DNA from: Patescibacteria group bacterium
GTDB lineage: Bacteria > Patescibacteriota > Patescibacteriia > UBA2591 > CALHIP01
Assembly (NCBI GenBank): GCA_046289355.1
Contig: JBKBVX010000001.1
Location: forward strand, 1 to 32,993
Length of the DNA stretch: 32,993 nucleotides
Direction: 5' to 3'
The notes beneath the pieces were generated by a model. The model saw only the letters and a list, made by a program, of their open reading frames with translations. It was not told the origin of the DNA and made no database searches. Shown here piece after piece: positions 8,738-16,181 of the stretch. The first letter of the stretch is position 1; the number at the start of each line of letters is the position of its first letter. The translations under genes and the position numbers were made by a program.

Positions 8738-10744
8738 TCAAAGATTGATTTCGACAATTTTATTTCCATCGAGCAACCAAATTTTTGTTTCTCTTTCATC
8801 AACAAGAAAATCTTTTAACTCAGAAAATTTATCGGAAGTAATTTGCTTGATAAAATATCCAGTTTTATTGAAAATTAAAACTCTTTTATTGATCGGTTCT
8901 AAGATATAGATATTTCTCATTTTCTCATTGGTTTCTACTTTTATTGGTTTATTAAGAGGAGGATAGATATTTTCTAAATTAAAAGATTGTTTTTTACCCC
9001 GGAAGAACTTTGTTAATTGGCCAGAATCTTTTAAAAGATAAATTGAGCCATCTATAGCAAATGAAACTATACTTTTTAGATCAATTTTTTCCTTCAACCA
9101 TAGATTTTCCTGACCAAAACCTGATTCAAGCGGTAGATATTTTAAAATTTGATTTGTTTTTTGATTTAAAATATAAAGCTTACCATCGTATATTTTAAGA
9201 TCACTTATAAAGAAATTCTTTTCTGATGTCTCTAATTTAATTGAAAAGATTTTTTTATTTTTGAGATTAAATAGTTGAATTTTGTTTTGAGTAGCTAACA
9301 ATATTTCATCAAGGGAATAATTAATCATTTTTTGGAAAATTGGTAGATCTATTTTTGCCAAAGAAGAAATTTTATCTTTTTTTTGATTAAAACCATAGAT
9401 TTCTTTTGTTCTTTTGTTAAAGACAAGAAAGTCTTCATTAATTTTTATCAAATTGATAATTTCTCCATTTTTGTCTAAAGAAGAAAAATCAACAATTATT
9501 TTTGGTTCTTTAATTCTCACTAAACCATAGATTTTGTCGATATTTTCTTGAAAATTCTTTTTGAAATTCTCTAAAATTTCTTTTTCTATTTTTGTTTTAG
9601 CCTGAATTTGGCCAATTTTATTTTGAATTTCTTCAGCCAAAGCATTAGCTTTTTTCAAATCTTTAGAAGCAAGACTAGCTTCCAAAATGGCATTTTTTGC
9701 TTGAATTTCTTGAAAAGTTAAGAAAAATTTAGTTAATTCCTTTTCTCTTATTTTTCCACTGATTAGACTTAAAATTAAGAAAATAACTAAGACAGCAACA
9801 AGGAAAATATTTAAGTTCAGACGTGGTAAAGAAATTGTTTTAAAAATTTTTGGAATAAAACCCAAAGAAATTTTTTTCTTTACAATTGGCTTTTTTGATA
9901 TTAAAATTTCTTCTTGTTTTTTTTCTATCACCGGTTCAGAAATTTTTTCTTTGACCAAAATTTCTTCCACCTTTTCTTTTTCTGGAGTAATTTTTATTTT
10001 CACTGGCGCCTTTTTGATCTCAACAATTTCTCTTTTTGGTATTTCTTTTGAGATTTCCAATTCTTTTTTTATCAAAAAAGCACCAAGAGAAATTTTATCT
10101 TTTAAATTTTCTAAAAGATGACTTATTTCTTTAATTGATTCATCAGCTGACAATTTAGAAACAATACTATTTAATTTTTCAGAAGTAAAATAATCTAAAA
10201 AATTTTCAGTAGAAAAAAATAAAACATCATTTTCTTCTAATTTTCCACTTATGATTTGGGAAAAAATTTTTTCTGGAGTAAATGTTATTTCCTGAGAAAT
10301 GAGATCAATCATTCTTTTCTTTTTCAAAATGAAAACTTTTACCGAACCGACAGGAGAAAAATAAATTTCATCCTCACGGATAAGACTGATAACGGCACTT
10401 AAATTTTTGATCAAAATTTTAAAAAATTTAGAGCCAATAATTTCTTGATAAATTAATCGATTCAATTTTTGTAAAGAATTTTCAAAAATCTCCTCAATCT
10501 CTTTTCCTTTTAATGATTCTTCGCTATAATAATAAGTCTTAAAACCATTGATAATAATCTTTGTTATTTCTTCGGCTAAATCGAGATATTTCTTTATCGA
10601 ATCATTTGGAAGTTTTATTTCAATAAGAAATAAAATCTCTCCAAGAAGTTTTTTCTGAAAAGCCGAAGGGAAAAAATGTTGTATTTTGATAAAAGAACCA
10701 GTTTTTTGAGGGTTAGAAAGACAAATTTTAGAAACTTCAACCAT
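8738..10744 (-). CDS. Conserved hypothetical bitopic membrane protein: cytoplasmic alpha/beta domain (weakly PP2C/SpoIIE-like), K/E/I/P-rich linker, one TM helix, coiled coil, extracytoplasmic beta-propeller-like repeats
   Basis: 668-aa uninterrupted ORF. TM segment IFLVAVLVIFLILSLISG. The C-terminal half has recurring beta-strand blades (IYGFNQK, IQLFNLKNKK, LYILNQKTNQ, IYLLKDSGQ, IYILEPINKR, IWLLDGNK). The N-terminal pattern LGEILFLIEI...YYSEES resembles a hypothetical-protein family I recall from CPR genomes. Confidence 0.6.
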   Translation of the reverse strand: MVEVSKICLSNPQKTGSFIKIQHFFPSAFQKKLLGEILFLIEIKLPNDSIKKYLDLAEEITKIIINGFKTYYYSEESLKGKEIEEIFENSLQKLNRLIYQEIIGSKFFKILIKNLSAVISLIREDEIYFSPVGSVKVFILKKKRMIDLISQEITFTPEKIFSQIISGKLEENDVLFFSTENFLDYFTSEKLNSIVSKLSADESIKEISHLLENLKDKISLGAFLIKKELEISKEIPKREIVEIKKAPVKIKITPEKEKVEEILVKEKISEPVIEKKQEEILISKKPIVKKKISLGFIPKIFKTISLPRLNLNIFLVAVLVIFLILSLISGKIREKELTKFFLTFQEIQAKNAILEASLASKDLKKANALAEEIQNKIGQIQAKTKIEKEILENFKKNFQENIDKIYGLVRIKEPKIIVDFSSLDKNGEIINLIKINEDFLVFNKRTKEIYGFNQKKDKISSLAKIDLPIFQKMINYSLDEILLATQNKIQLFNLKNKKIFSIKLETSEKNFFISDLKIYDGKLYILNQKTNQILKYLPLESGFGQENLWLKEKIDLKSIVSFAIDGSIYLLKDSGQLTKFFRGKKQSFNLENIYPPLNKPIKVETNEKMRNIYILEPINKRVLIFNKTGYFIKQITSDKFSELKDFLVDERETKIWLLDGNKIVEINL

Positions 10745-11128
10745 ATGTATTTAATTATCAATAGAGCAATTTTACCATTTTTTGTTGGTTTGGTCAAAAA
10801 AGAAAAATTAATTTATTTATCTTTTAAAGAAAATAATGATCTTTTAAAAATTATAGCAAAATTTATTAAAAAAAATAAGATAGATCTTAAAAATATTCAA
10901 GGAATAATTGTTATCCCTCATTGTTATTCTTTTACCAAATTAAGGACAACTTTAACTTTAACAAATATTTTTTCTCAATTTTTATCTATTCCAATAAGTT
11001 TAGTCAAAGAAAAAGAGGCAAAAAATATTAAAGAGGCAATTGAAATAGGTAAAAAGAGATTAAAAAAAGAAATAATTATTCCACTTTATCATAAAGAACC
11101 ACACATTCAAATGCCAAAGCAATTATAA
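10745..11128 (+). CDS. Half-size TsaB/YeaZ-like protein (N-terminal ASKHA subdomain only)
   Basis: From ATG 10745 (127 aa), MYLIINRAILPFFVGLV aligns with TsaB MRILAIDTATEACSVAL. GIIVIPHCYSFTKLRTTLTLTNIFSQFLSIPI aligns with the [28 protein letters not shown] region. The C-terminal PLYHKEP resembles the TsaB PVYLR end. The extension from ATG 10676 has no TsaB counterpart. Confidence 0.4.
   Translation: MYLIINRAILPFFVGLVKKEKLIYLSFKENNDLLKIIAKFIKKNKIDLKNIQGIIVIPHCYSFTKLRTTLTLTNIFSQFLSIPISLVKEKEAKNIKEAIEIGKKRLKKEIIIPLYHKEPHIQMPKQL
10769..10797 (-). promoter_or_regulatory. Putative sigma70-type promoter for the 668-aa gene, embedded in the 5' coding region of the divergent TsaB-like gene
   Basis: Minus strand reads TTGACC (10797-10792), a 17-nt spacer ending in TGG, then TAAAAT (10774-10769), giving an extended -10 TGGTAAAAT. 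It lies about 25 nt upstream of the ATG at 10744. Confidence 0.45.
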
Positions 11129-11158
11129 ATCAGATTAAAAATTTCCTCTAAAAATCAA

Positions 11159-11180
11159 AACCCAAAAAGGGTTATTTTTT
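11159..11180 (+). terminator. Weak candidate rho-independent terminator after the TsaB-like gene
   Basis: AACCC-AAAAA-GGGTT hairpin followed by ATTTTTT. The stem is only 5 bp. Confidence 0.3.
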
Positions 11181-11214
11181 ATTACTCATTTTGAAATTTT
11201 AGATTATTAAATAC

Positions 11215-11318
11215 TTATCCACAGGGATTATTGACTTGTGGGAAAAAATGGTTTATATTATAAATGTTGTGGATAATTGTGGATAAAAGTGGGGATAAAT
11301 CAAGGAAACTGTGGATAA
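11215..11318. promoter_or_regulatory. Array of TGTGGATAA/TTATCCACA boxes: probable MraZ operator, sequence-identical to the DnaA-box consensus
   Basis: TTATCCACA at 11215-11223. TGTGGATAA at 11268-11276, 11278-11286 and 11310-11318. Degenerate copies TGTGGGAAA (11238-11246) and GTGGGGATAA (11289-11298). Three GTGG cores are phased at 10 bp directly upstream of mraZ. Confidence 0.7.
11231..11259 (+). promoter_or_regulatory. Putative sigma70-type promoter of the mraZ (dcw) operon
   Basis: TTGACT (11231-11236), 17-nt spacer, TATATT (11254-11259). The phased boxes start immediately downstream. Confidence 0.5.
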
Positions 11319-11338
11319 CTTGATTTTAAGAAAATTAT

Positions 11339-11770
11339 ATGTTTATTGGTGAATATCATTATAAACTTGATGAAAAGGGAAGGTTGGCTATACCACCAAA
11401 ATTTAGATTAGATTTAAAAAAAGGATTGGTCGTTACCCGAGGTATTGATAACTGTCTTTTTTTATATTCTAAAAAAGAATGGGATAAATTGGCTTTAAAA
11501 CTTTCTAATCTACCAATTAGTCAGTCAAAAACCAGGGCTTTTGCCCGATTAATGTTAGCTGGGGCAATGGATGTAGTCCTTGATCGTCAGGGAAGGATTA
11601 TTTTACCTGATTATTTAAGAGCCTATGCCAAAATCAAAAAAAATGTAGTGATTGCCGGTTTATATAATCGTTTAGAAATTTGGGATGAAAAAGAATGGGA
11701 AGAATACAAAAGACAGTCAGAAAAAGAAAGTAAGGACATTGCTGAAACATTGGGAGAACTAGGAGTATAA
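11339..11770 (+). CDS. mraZ: Transcriptional regulator MraZ
   Basis: 143 aa with the duplicated SpoVT/AbrB-like MraZ motif: DEKGRLAIPPKFR and DRQGRIILPDYLR. Confidence 0.93.
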   Translation: MFIGEYHYKLDEKGRLAIPPKFRLDLKKGLVVTRGIDNCLFLYSKKEWDKLALKLSNLPISQSKTRAFARLMLAGAMDVVLDRQGRIILPDYLRAYAKIKKNVVIAGLYNRLEIWDEKEWEEYKRQSEKESKDIAETLGELGV

Positions 11771-11779
11771 ATTAAATAT

Positions 11780-12673
11780 ATGGCAATCCATAAACCTGTT
11801 CTTTTAAAAGAGATAATTGATTATCTTAAACCAAAACCAAATCAAAATTTTATTGATTGTACAATTGGGGGAGGTGGGCAGGCATTTAAAATTCTGTCAA
11901 TGACAGGGCCAAAAGGAAAATTGTTAGGCATAGATTTATCAGAAGAAGCTATTGATGAGCTAAATAAGATAAAAAATAAAGATAAAAAAATAAAAAATAG
12001 ATTAATTTTAGTTAATGATAATTTTGCTAACTTAAAAAAGATCGTTGAAAAATATAATTTTAAAAATGTTTCTGGTATTTTGCTTGATTTAGGGCTTTCT
12101 ACAGATCTTTTAAAAAGTGGTAAAGGATTTAGTTTTCAGCAGGATGAATTCTTAGATATGAGGTATGGAAAAGATGGAATAACCGCCTATGAGATAATAA
12201 ATCAATATCCAAAAGAATCATTAGAAAAGATTTTAAGAGAATTTGGAGAAGAAAAATTAGCTAAGCCAATTGTTAAAAATATTTTAGAGAAACGTCATTT
12301 TAAAAAAATTCGAACAACTAAAGAATTGGTTGAAGTTGTCAATGAAGTTCTAAAAAAATTTAAAATTTACAATTTTAAATCTAAGGTCAAAACTTTAGCC
12401 AGAGTTTTCCAAGCCTTAAGAATCGCTGTTAATGATGAATTAGAAAATTTAAAAAAAGTTCTGCCGCAGACATTAGAGATTTTAGAAAGTGGAGGAAAAA
12501 TAATGGTTATTTCTTATCATTCTTTAGAAGATCGAATCGTCAAAAATTTTTTCAAAGAGAAAAAAGGAATTTTGAAGATCATCACTAAGAAACCTATTCG
12601 ACCGACTCAAGAGGAAATTAAATCTAATCCTTCTTCTCGTTCAGCCAAATTAAGAATAGCTATCAAAAAATAA
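11780..12673 (+). CDS. rsmH: 16S rRNA (cytosine1402-N4)-methyltransferase RsmH/MraW
   Basis: HKPVLLKEIIDYL, DCTIGGGGQ, DLGLST, ISYHSLEDRIVK and NPSSRSAKLR all match RsmH signatures. Confidence 0.93.
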   Translation: MAIHKPVLLKEIIDYLKPKPNQNFIDCTIGGGGQAFKILSMTGPKGKLLGIDLSEEAIDELNKIKNKDKKIKNRLILVNDNFANLKKIVEKYNFKNVSGILLDLGLSTDLLKSGKGFSFQQDEFLDMRYGKDGITAYEIINQYPKESLEKILREFGEEKLAKPIVKNILEKRHFKKIRTTKELVEVVNEVLKKFKIYNFKSKVKTLARVFQALRIAVNDELENLKKVLPQTLEILESGGKIMVISYHSLEDRIVKNFFKEKKGILKIITKKPIRPTQEEIKSNPSSRSAKLRIAIKK

Positions 12674-12690
12674 AAATAATTTTATCTTCT

Positions 12691-13062
12691 ATGAGTCTTT
12701 ATACCAAAAATTTTTCTTTAGTTCGTCAGTCATTCTGTCGTTCAACGTCAAAATCTCACATCTCTTTTCATTTTTCGAAAAAAATTTTTATTTTAAATCT
12801 GATTCTCCTTTCTCTTATTTTTATTATTCTTGTTTTTTATTTGATTAAAATCAATCAGATTATTATTCTTGGTTTTAAAATAAGTGAGTTGGAAAAAAGA
12901 GTAGATGAGTTGAAAGAGATTAACAAAACCTTAAAATTAGAAAAAATAAAATTGGAATCTCTAAATAATATTCAGAGTAATCTGAATACCTTAGGTTTAG
13001 TTAAACCTGAAAAGATTGAATATTTTAAGCCAATAGAAAGTATTTCTTTAACAAGAAAATAA
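12691..13062 (+). CDS. ftsL: FtsL-like cell-division protein (bitopic, coiled coil)
   Basis: 123 aa: cytoplasmic tail, one TM helix (IFILNLILLSLIFIILVFYLI), a leucine-zipper-like coiled coil, and a C-terminal LGLVKPEKIEYF. It occupies the canonical position between rsmH and ftsI. Confidence 0.55.
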   Translation: MSLYTKNFSLVRQSFCRSTSKSHISFHFSKKIFILNLILLSLIFIILVFYLIKINQIIILGFKISELEKRVDELKEINKTLKLEKIKLESLNNIQSNLNTLGLVKPEKIEYFKPIESISLTRK

Positions 13063-13090
13063 TTAAATCTATTTATAAATAGGAGGAAAT

Positions 13091-14827
13091 ATGGTTTTTT
13101 ATCGAAGGAAGAAAAAAAATATCTTTTCGAGAATTATCTTTTTAGGAATAATTTTTTTTATTTTATGGGGGATGATTCTTTTGAGGTTAGCAAAACTTCA
13201 GATAATCGATTGGCAAAAATATCAATCTCTGGCTCAAGAAATGAGAACATTTGAAAAAGAAAGAGAGTCAGAGAGAGGAGAAATTTTTGTCAGAGAAGGA
13301 AATGAAATGATTCCGATTGCTATTAATATTTACTCTTACAATCTTTATGCTAAACCTAATGAAATTAAAGATCCAGTTGGAACTGCCCGCTTAATAGCTG
13401 AAAGTTTAAAAATTCCTATCCAAGAAACGAATAATGATTTCCAAGAAATCCTAAAAAAAGTTTCTAAAAAAAATGATTGGTATGAAATTTTAAAAAAAGG
13501 ACTTTCACAAGAAGAAGTAGATGAAATTAAAACAAAAAAAATAAAGGGTATAGATTTTGAAAAGAAGATTGAACGTTTTTATCCAGAAGGAAGATATTTT
13601 TCTCATCTTTTAGGTTTTGTCGGTTTTAAAGGTGAAAAAAAAGAGGGGAGATATGGTCTTGAAGAATATTATGAAAATATTCTTTCTGGCAAAGAAGGTT
13701 TAATAAAAGGAGAAAAAGGAATAGGTGGTGTTCTTATTCCAAGTGGGAAAACTATTTTTAAAGAAGCAAAAAATGGTGCCAATCTAATTTTAACTATCAA
13801 TCGAACTATCCAAATAAAAACTTGTGAAATTTTAACTAAAGCAATAGAAAAATATCAAGCTGAGAGCGGTAATATCATTGTTGTTGATCCAAAAACTGGT
13901 GAAATAATATCTCTTTGTAATTGGCCAACTTTTGATCCTAATAGATACAATGAGGTCAAAGAAATAAGTATTTTTTCTAATCGTGCTATCTCTTCTCAAT
14001 TTGAGCCTGGTTCTGTTTTCAAAACAATTACTTTCGCCGCTGCTTTAGAAGAAGGGAAAATTACTCCAGAATTAACTTATGAAGATAAAGGGGTTTTGAA
14101 AATTGGTGGTCGGACAATTAAAAATGCAGCAGGAAAAGTTTATGGTCGAAGAACAATGAGAGAGGTTTTAGAAAAATCAATTAATACTGGCGCAGTTTTT
14201 GTTGCTCAAAAAATTGGTCTTGATAAATTTAGAGAATACGTGGAGAAATTCGGTTTTGGTGAAAAAACAGGTATCGATTTAGTTGGCGAAATTAAAGGCG
14301 ATATTAAAAATCTTTCAAAAAAGGAAGAAATTTATTTAGCCACTGCCTCTTTTGGTCAAGGTATTGCTGTCACCCCTCTTCAAATGGTGATGAGTTTTGC
14401 TGCTATTGCTAATCAAGGAAAATTAATGAAACCATATCTTGTTAAAGAAATAATTTCTGATGACTATTATTTTAAAAATGAACCAAAAGAAATTCGGCAA
14501 GTTATTTCTCCAAAAACAGCTGAAATCTTAAAAAATCTATTGATCTCAGTTGTCAAAAATGGTTGGGGAAAAAGAGCAGGGGTTAAAGGCTATTTAGTAG
14601 CAGGAAAAACTGGGACAGCAGAAGTGCCTCAATCAAAAGGCTATTCTTCTTCGACAATTCATTCTTTTGCTGGATTTGCTCCAGCTGATGATCCAAAATT
14701 TGTCGCTTTTGTTAAATTAGATAACCCGAAATTAGGAAAATTTAGTGATCGAACAGCTGCCCCAACCTTTGGGGAACTTGCTGATTTTATCCTCAAATAT
14801 TATAAAATACCACCAACTGAAGAATAA
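13091..14827 (+). CDS. ftsI: Class B penicillin-binding protein (FtsI/PBP2-type transpeptidase)
   Basis: N-terminal TM anchor, PBP dimerisation domain, and transpeptidase motifs SVFK (SxxK), SIN (SxN) and KTGTA. A strong SD, AGGAGG, lies 5 nt upstream of the ATG. Confidence 0.88.
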   Translation: MVFYRRKKKNIFSRIIFLGIIFFILWGMILLRLAKLQIIDWQKYQSLAQEMRTFEKERESERGEIFVREGNEMIPIAINIYSYNLYAKPNEIKDPVGTARLIAESLKIPIQETNNDFQEILKKVSKKNDWYEILKKGLSQEEVDEIKTKKIKGIDFEKKIERFYPEGRYFSHLLGFVGFKGEKKEGRYGLEEYYENILSGKEGLIKGEKGIGGVLIPSGKTIFKEAKNGANLILTINRTIQIKTCEILTKAIEKYQAESGNIIVVDPKTGEIISLCNWPTFDPNRYNEVKEISIFSNRAISSQFEPGSVFKTITFAAALEEGKITPELTYEDKGVLKIGGRTIKNAAGKVYGRRTMREVLEKSINTGAVFVAQKIGLDKFREYVEKFGFGEKTGIDLVGEIKGDIKNLSKKEEIYLATASFGQGIAVTPLQMVMSFAAIANQGKLMKPYLVKEIISDDYYFKNEPKEIRQVISPKTAEILKNLLISVVKNGWGKRAGVKGYLVAGKTGTAEVPQSKGYSSSTIHSFAGFAPADDPKFVAFVKLDNPKLGKFSDRTAAPTFGELADFILKYYKIPPTEE

Positions 14828-14829
14828 AT

Positions 14830-16140
14830 TTGAACACAAGAATGAGAAAATTTATCGAAAAAATCTTAGGTTTTTTAGCAAAAATTATTATCAATAAATA
14901 TCATCCTTTTATTATTGGGATTACTGGTAGTTTAGGTAAAACTTCAACTAAAGAAGCAATTGCTTTAGTTTTGCGAAAAAAATTTTTTCTTCGTGCTTCA
15001 CCAAAGAATTATAATAATGAAATTGGTTTACCTTTGACAATTATTAATGCCAAAGCTCAAGGTAAAAATTTTTTTGGTTGGCTGAAAGTTTTTTTAAAAG
15101 GAATTTTAACTATTATTTTTCCTATAAAATTTCCTCAAGTTTTAGTTTTAGAGATGGCGGCTGACAAACCTGGCGATATAAAATATTTGACCAAAATTGC
15201 TCCTTGTCAAATTGGTGTGATCACTAATATTGCTCCAGTCCATTTAGAAAAATTTAAAACCATAGAGAATATTCTTAAAGAAAAAAAGATCATTGTCACT
15301 CATCTTTCAGCTGATGATTGGGCAATTTTAAATGCTGATGATGAAAAATTAATGGAGATAAAAAATAAAATTAAGGCAAAAATTTTGACTTTTGGTTTTT
15401 CAGAGAAGGCTGAAGTAAGAGCTATTGAGATAAAACTTGATCAAGAGATTACAAAAAAAGGAGAATTGAAAATTAATGGTTTAATTTTCAAAGTAAATTA
15501 TCAAGGCAATATTGTCCCTTTTTCTTTACCAAAAATTTTAGCTAAACATCAGGTTAAATCAGTTTTGGCAGCTATAAGCGTTGGTTTAGTTTTAGGTTTA
15601 AATCTAATAGAAATTTCAGATCTCTTAAAGGACTTTGAAGCTTTGCCAGGCCGATTTAAACTGATTAAAGGGATCAAAGGATCTTATATTATTGATGATA
15701 GTTATAATTCCTCACCGATTGCCGTTGAAGCAGCTATTGAAGTTTTAAATGAAATTTTAACTTTACCTGGACGAAGAAAAATTGTTGTTTTAGGTGAGAT
15801 GTTAGAACTTGGCCCAATAGCTGAAGAAGCCCATCTTGAAATTGGTAAAAAAATAGCTGAATATAATTTCAATCTTCTCTTGACAGTGGGAAATTTAGCC
15901 AAAAAGATAGCCGAAGGAGCAAGAAAAAATGGGTTTCCTGAAGAATCAATTTTTGAATTTGAAAATTCTGAATCAGTTAGCAAATTTCTTAAAGAAAAAA
16001 TTATTTATGGTGACATAATTTTGATCAAAGGTTCACAAGGTGTAAGAATGGAGAAAATTGTTAAAGAAATAATGGCTGAACCAAAAAAGGCAAAAGAACT
16101 TTTAGTCAGACAAGAAAGAGAATGGGAGATAAAAATTTAA
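14830..16140 (+). CDS. murF: MurF-like Mur ligase (UDP-MurNAc-tripeptide--D-Ala-D-Ala ligase) lacking the N-terminal domain 1
   Basis: P-loop GITGSLGKTSTKE at residue ~33. MurF-specific KNYNNEIGLPLT and DDSYNSSP are present. The C-terminal domain has GEMLELG and KGSQGVRME. The start is TTG 14830 or ATG 14842. Confidence 0.8.
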   Translation: MNTRMRKFIEKILGFLAKIIINKYHPFIIGITGSLGKTSTKEAIALVLRKKFFLRASPKNYNNEIGLPLTIINAKAQGKNFFGWLKVFLKGILTIIFPIKFPQVLVLEMAADKPGDIKYLTKIAPCQIGVITNIAPVHLEKFKTIENILKEKKIIVTHLSADDWAILNADDEKLMEIKNKIKAKILTFGFSEKAEVRAIEIKLDQEITKKGELKINGLIFKVNYQGNIVPFSLPKILAKHQVKSVLAAISVGLVLGLNLIEISDLLKDFEALPGRFKLIKGIKGSYIIDDSYNSSPIAVEAAIEVLNEILTLPGRRKIVVLGEMLELGPIAEEAHLEIGKKIAEYNFNLLLTVGNLAKKIAEGARKNGFPEESIFEFENSESVSKFLKEKIIYGDIILIKGSQGVRMEKIVKEIMAEPKKAKELLVRQEREWEIKI

Positions 16141-16144
16141 GAGT

Positions 16145-16172
16145 TTGACATTTTTTAATTTTTTATTAAAAT
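16145..16172 (+). promoter_or_regulatory. Putative promoter of tRNA-Glu
   Basis: TTGACA (16145-16150), 16-nt spacer, TAAAAT (16167-16172). The predicted start is 2-3 nt before the mature tRNA 5' end. Confidence 0.5.
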
Positions 16173-16181
16173 AAAAAAATA

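Noticed and set aside
8725-8751. AATCAA-AGA-TTGATT hairpin between the convergent proS and 668-aa genes, considered as a bidirectional terminator.
   Set aside because: It is a 6-bp, almost pure A/T stem overlapping both stop codons. It is too weak to call.
9840-10060. A repetitive-looking K/E/I/P-rich coding stretch (KEIPKREIVEIKKAPVKIKITPEKEKVEEILVKEKISEPVIEKKQEE), considered as a possible tandem DNA repeat.
   Set aside because: It shows only compositional bias, with no exact nucleotide repeat unit. It is best read as a flexible linker in the 668-aa protein.
11129-11338. The DnaA-box cluster as the chromosomal replication origin (oriC).
   Set aside because: No dnaA, dnaN, rpmH or gyrB is nearby. 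The boxes are phased as direct repeats immediately downstream of a promoter and upstream of mraZ, exactly as MraZ operators are. I see no distinct tandem AT-rich 13-mer-like unwinding element beyond the background AT-richness. It cannot be fully excluded without GC skew or the whole genome.
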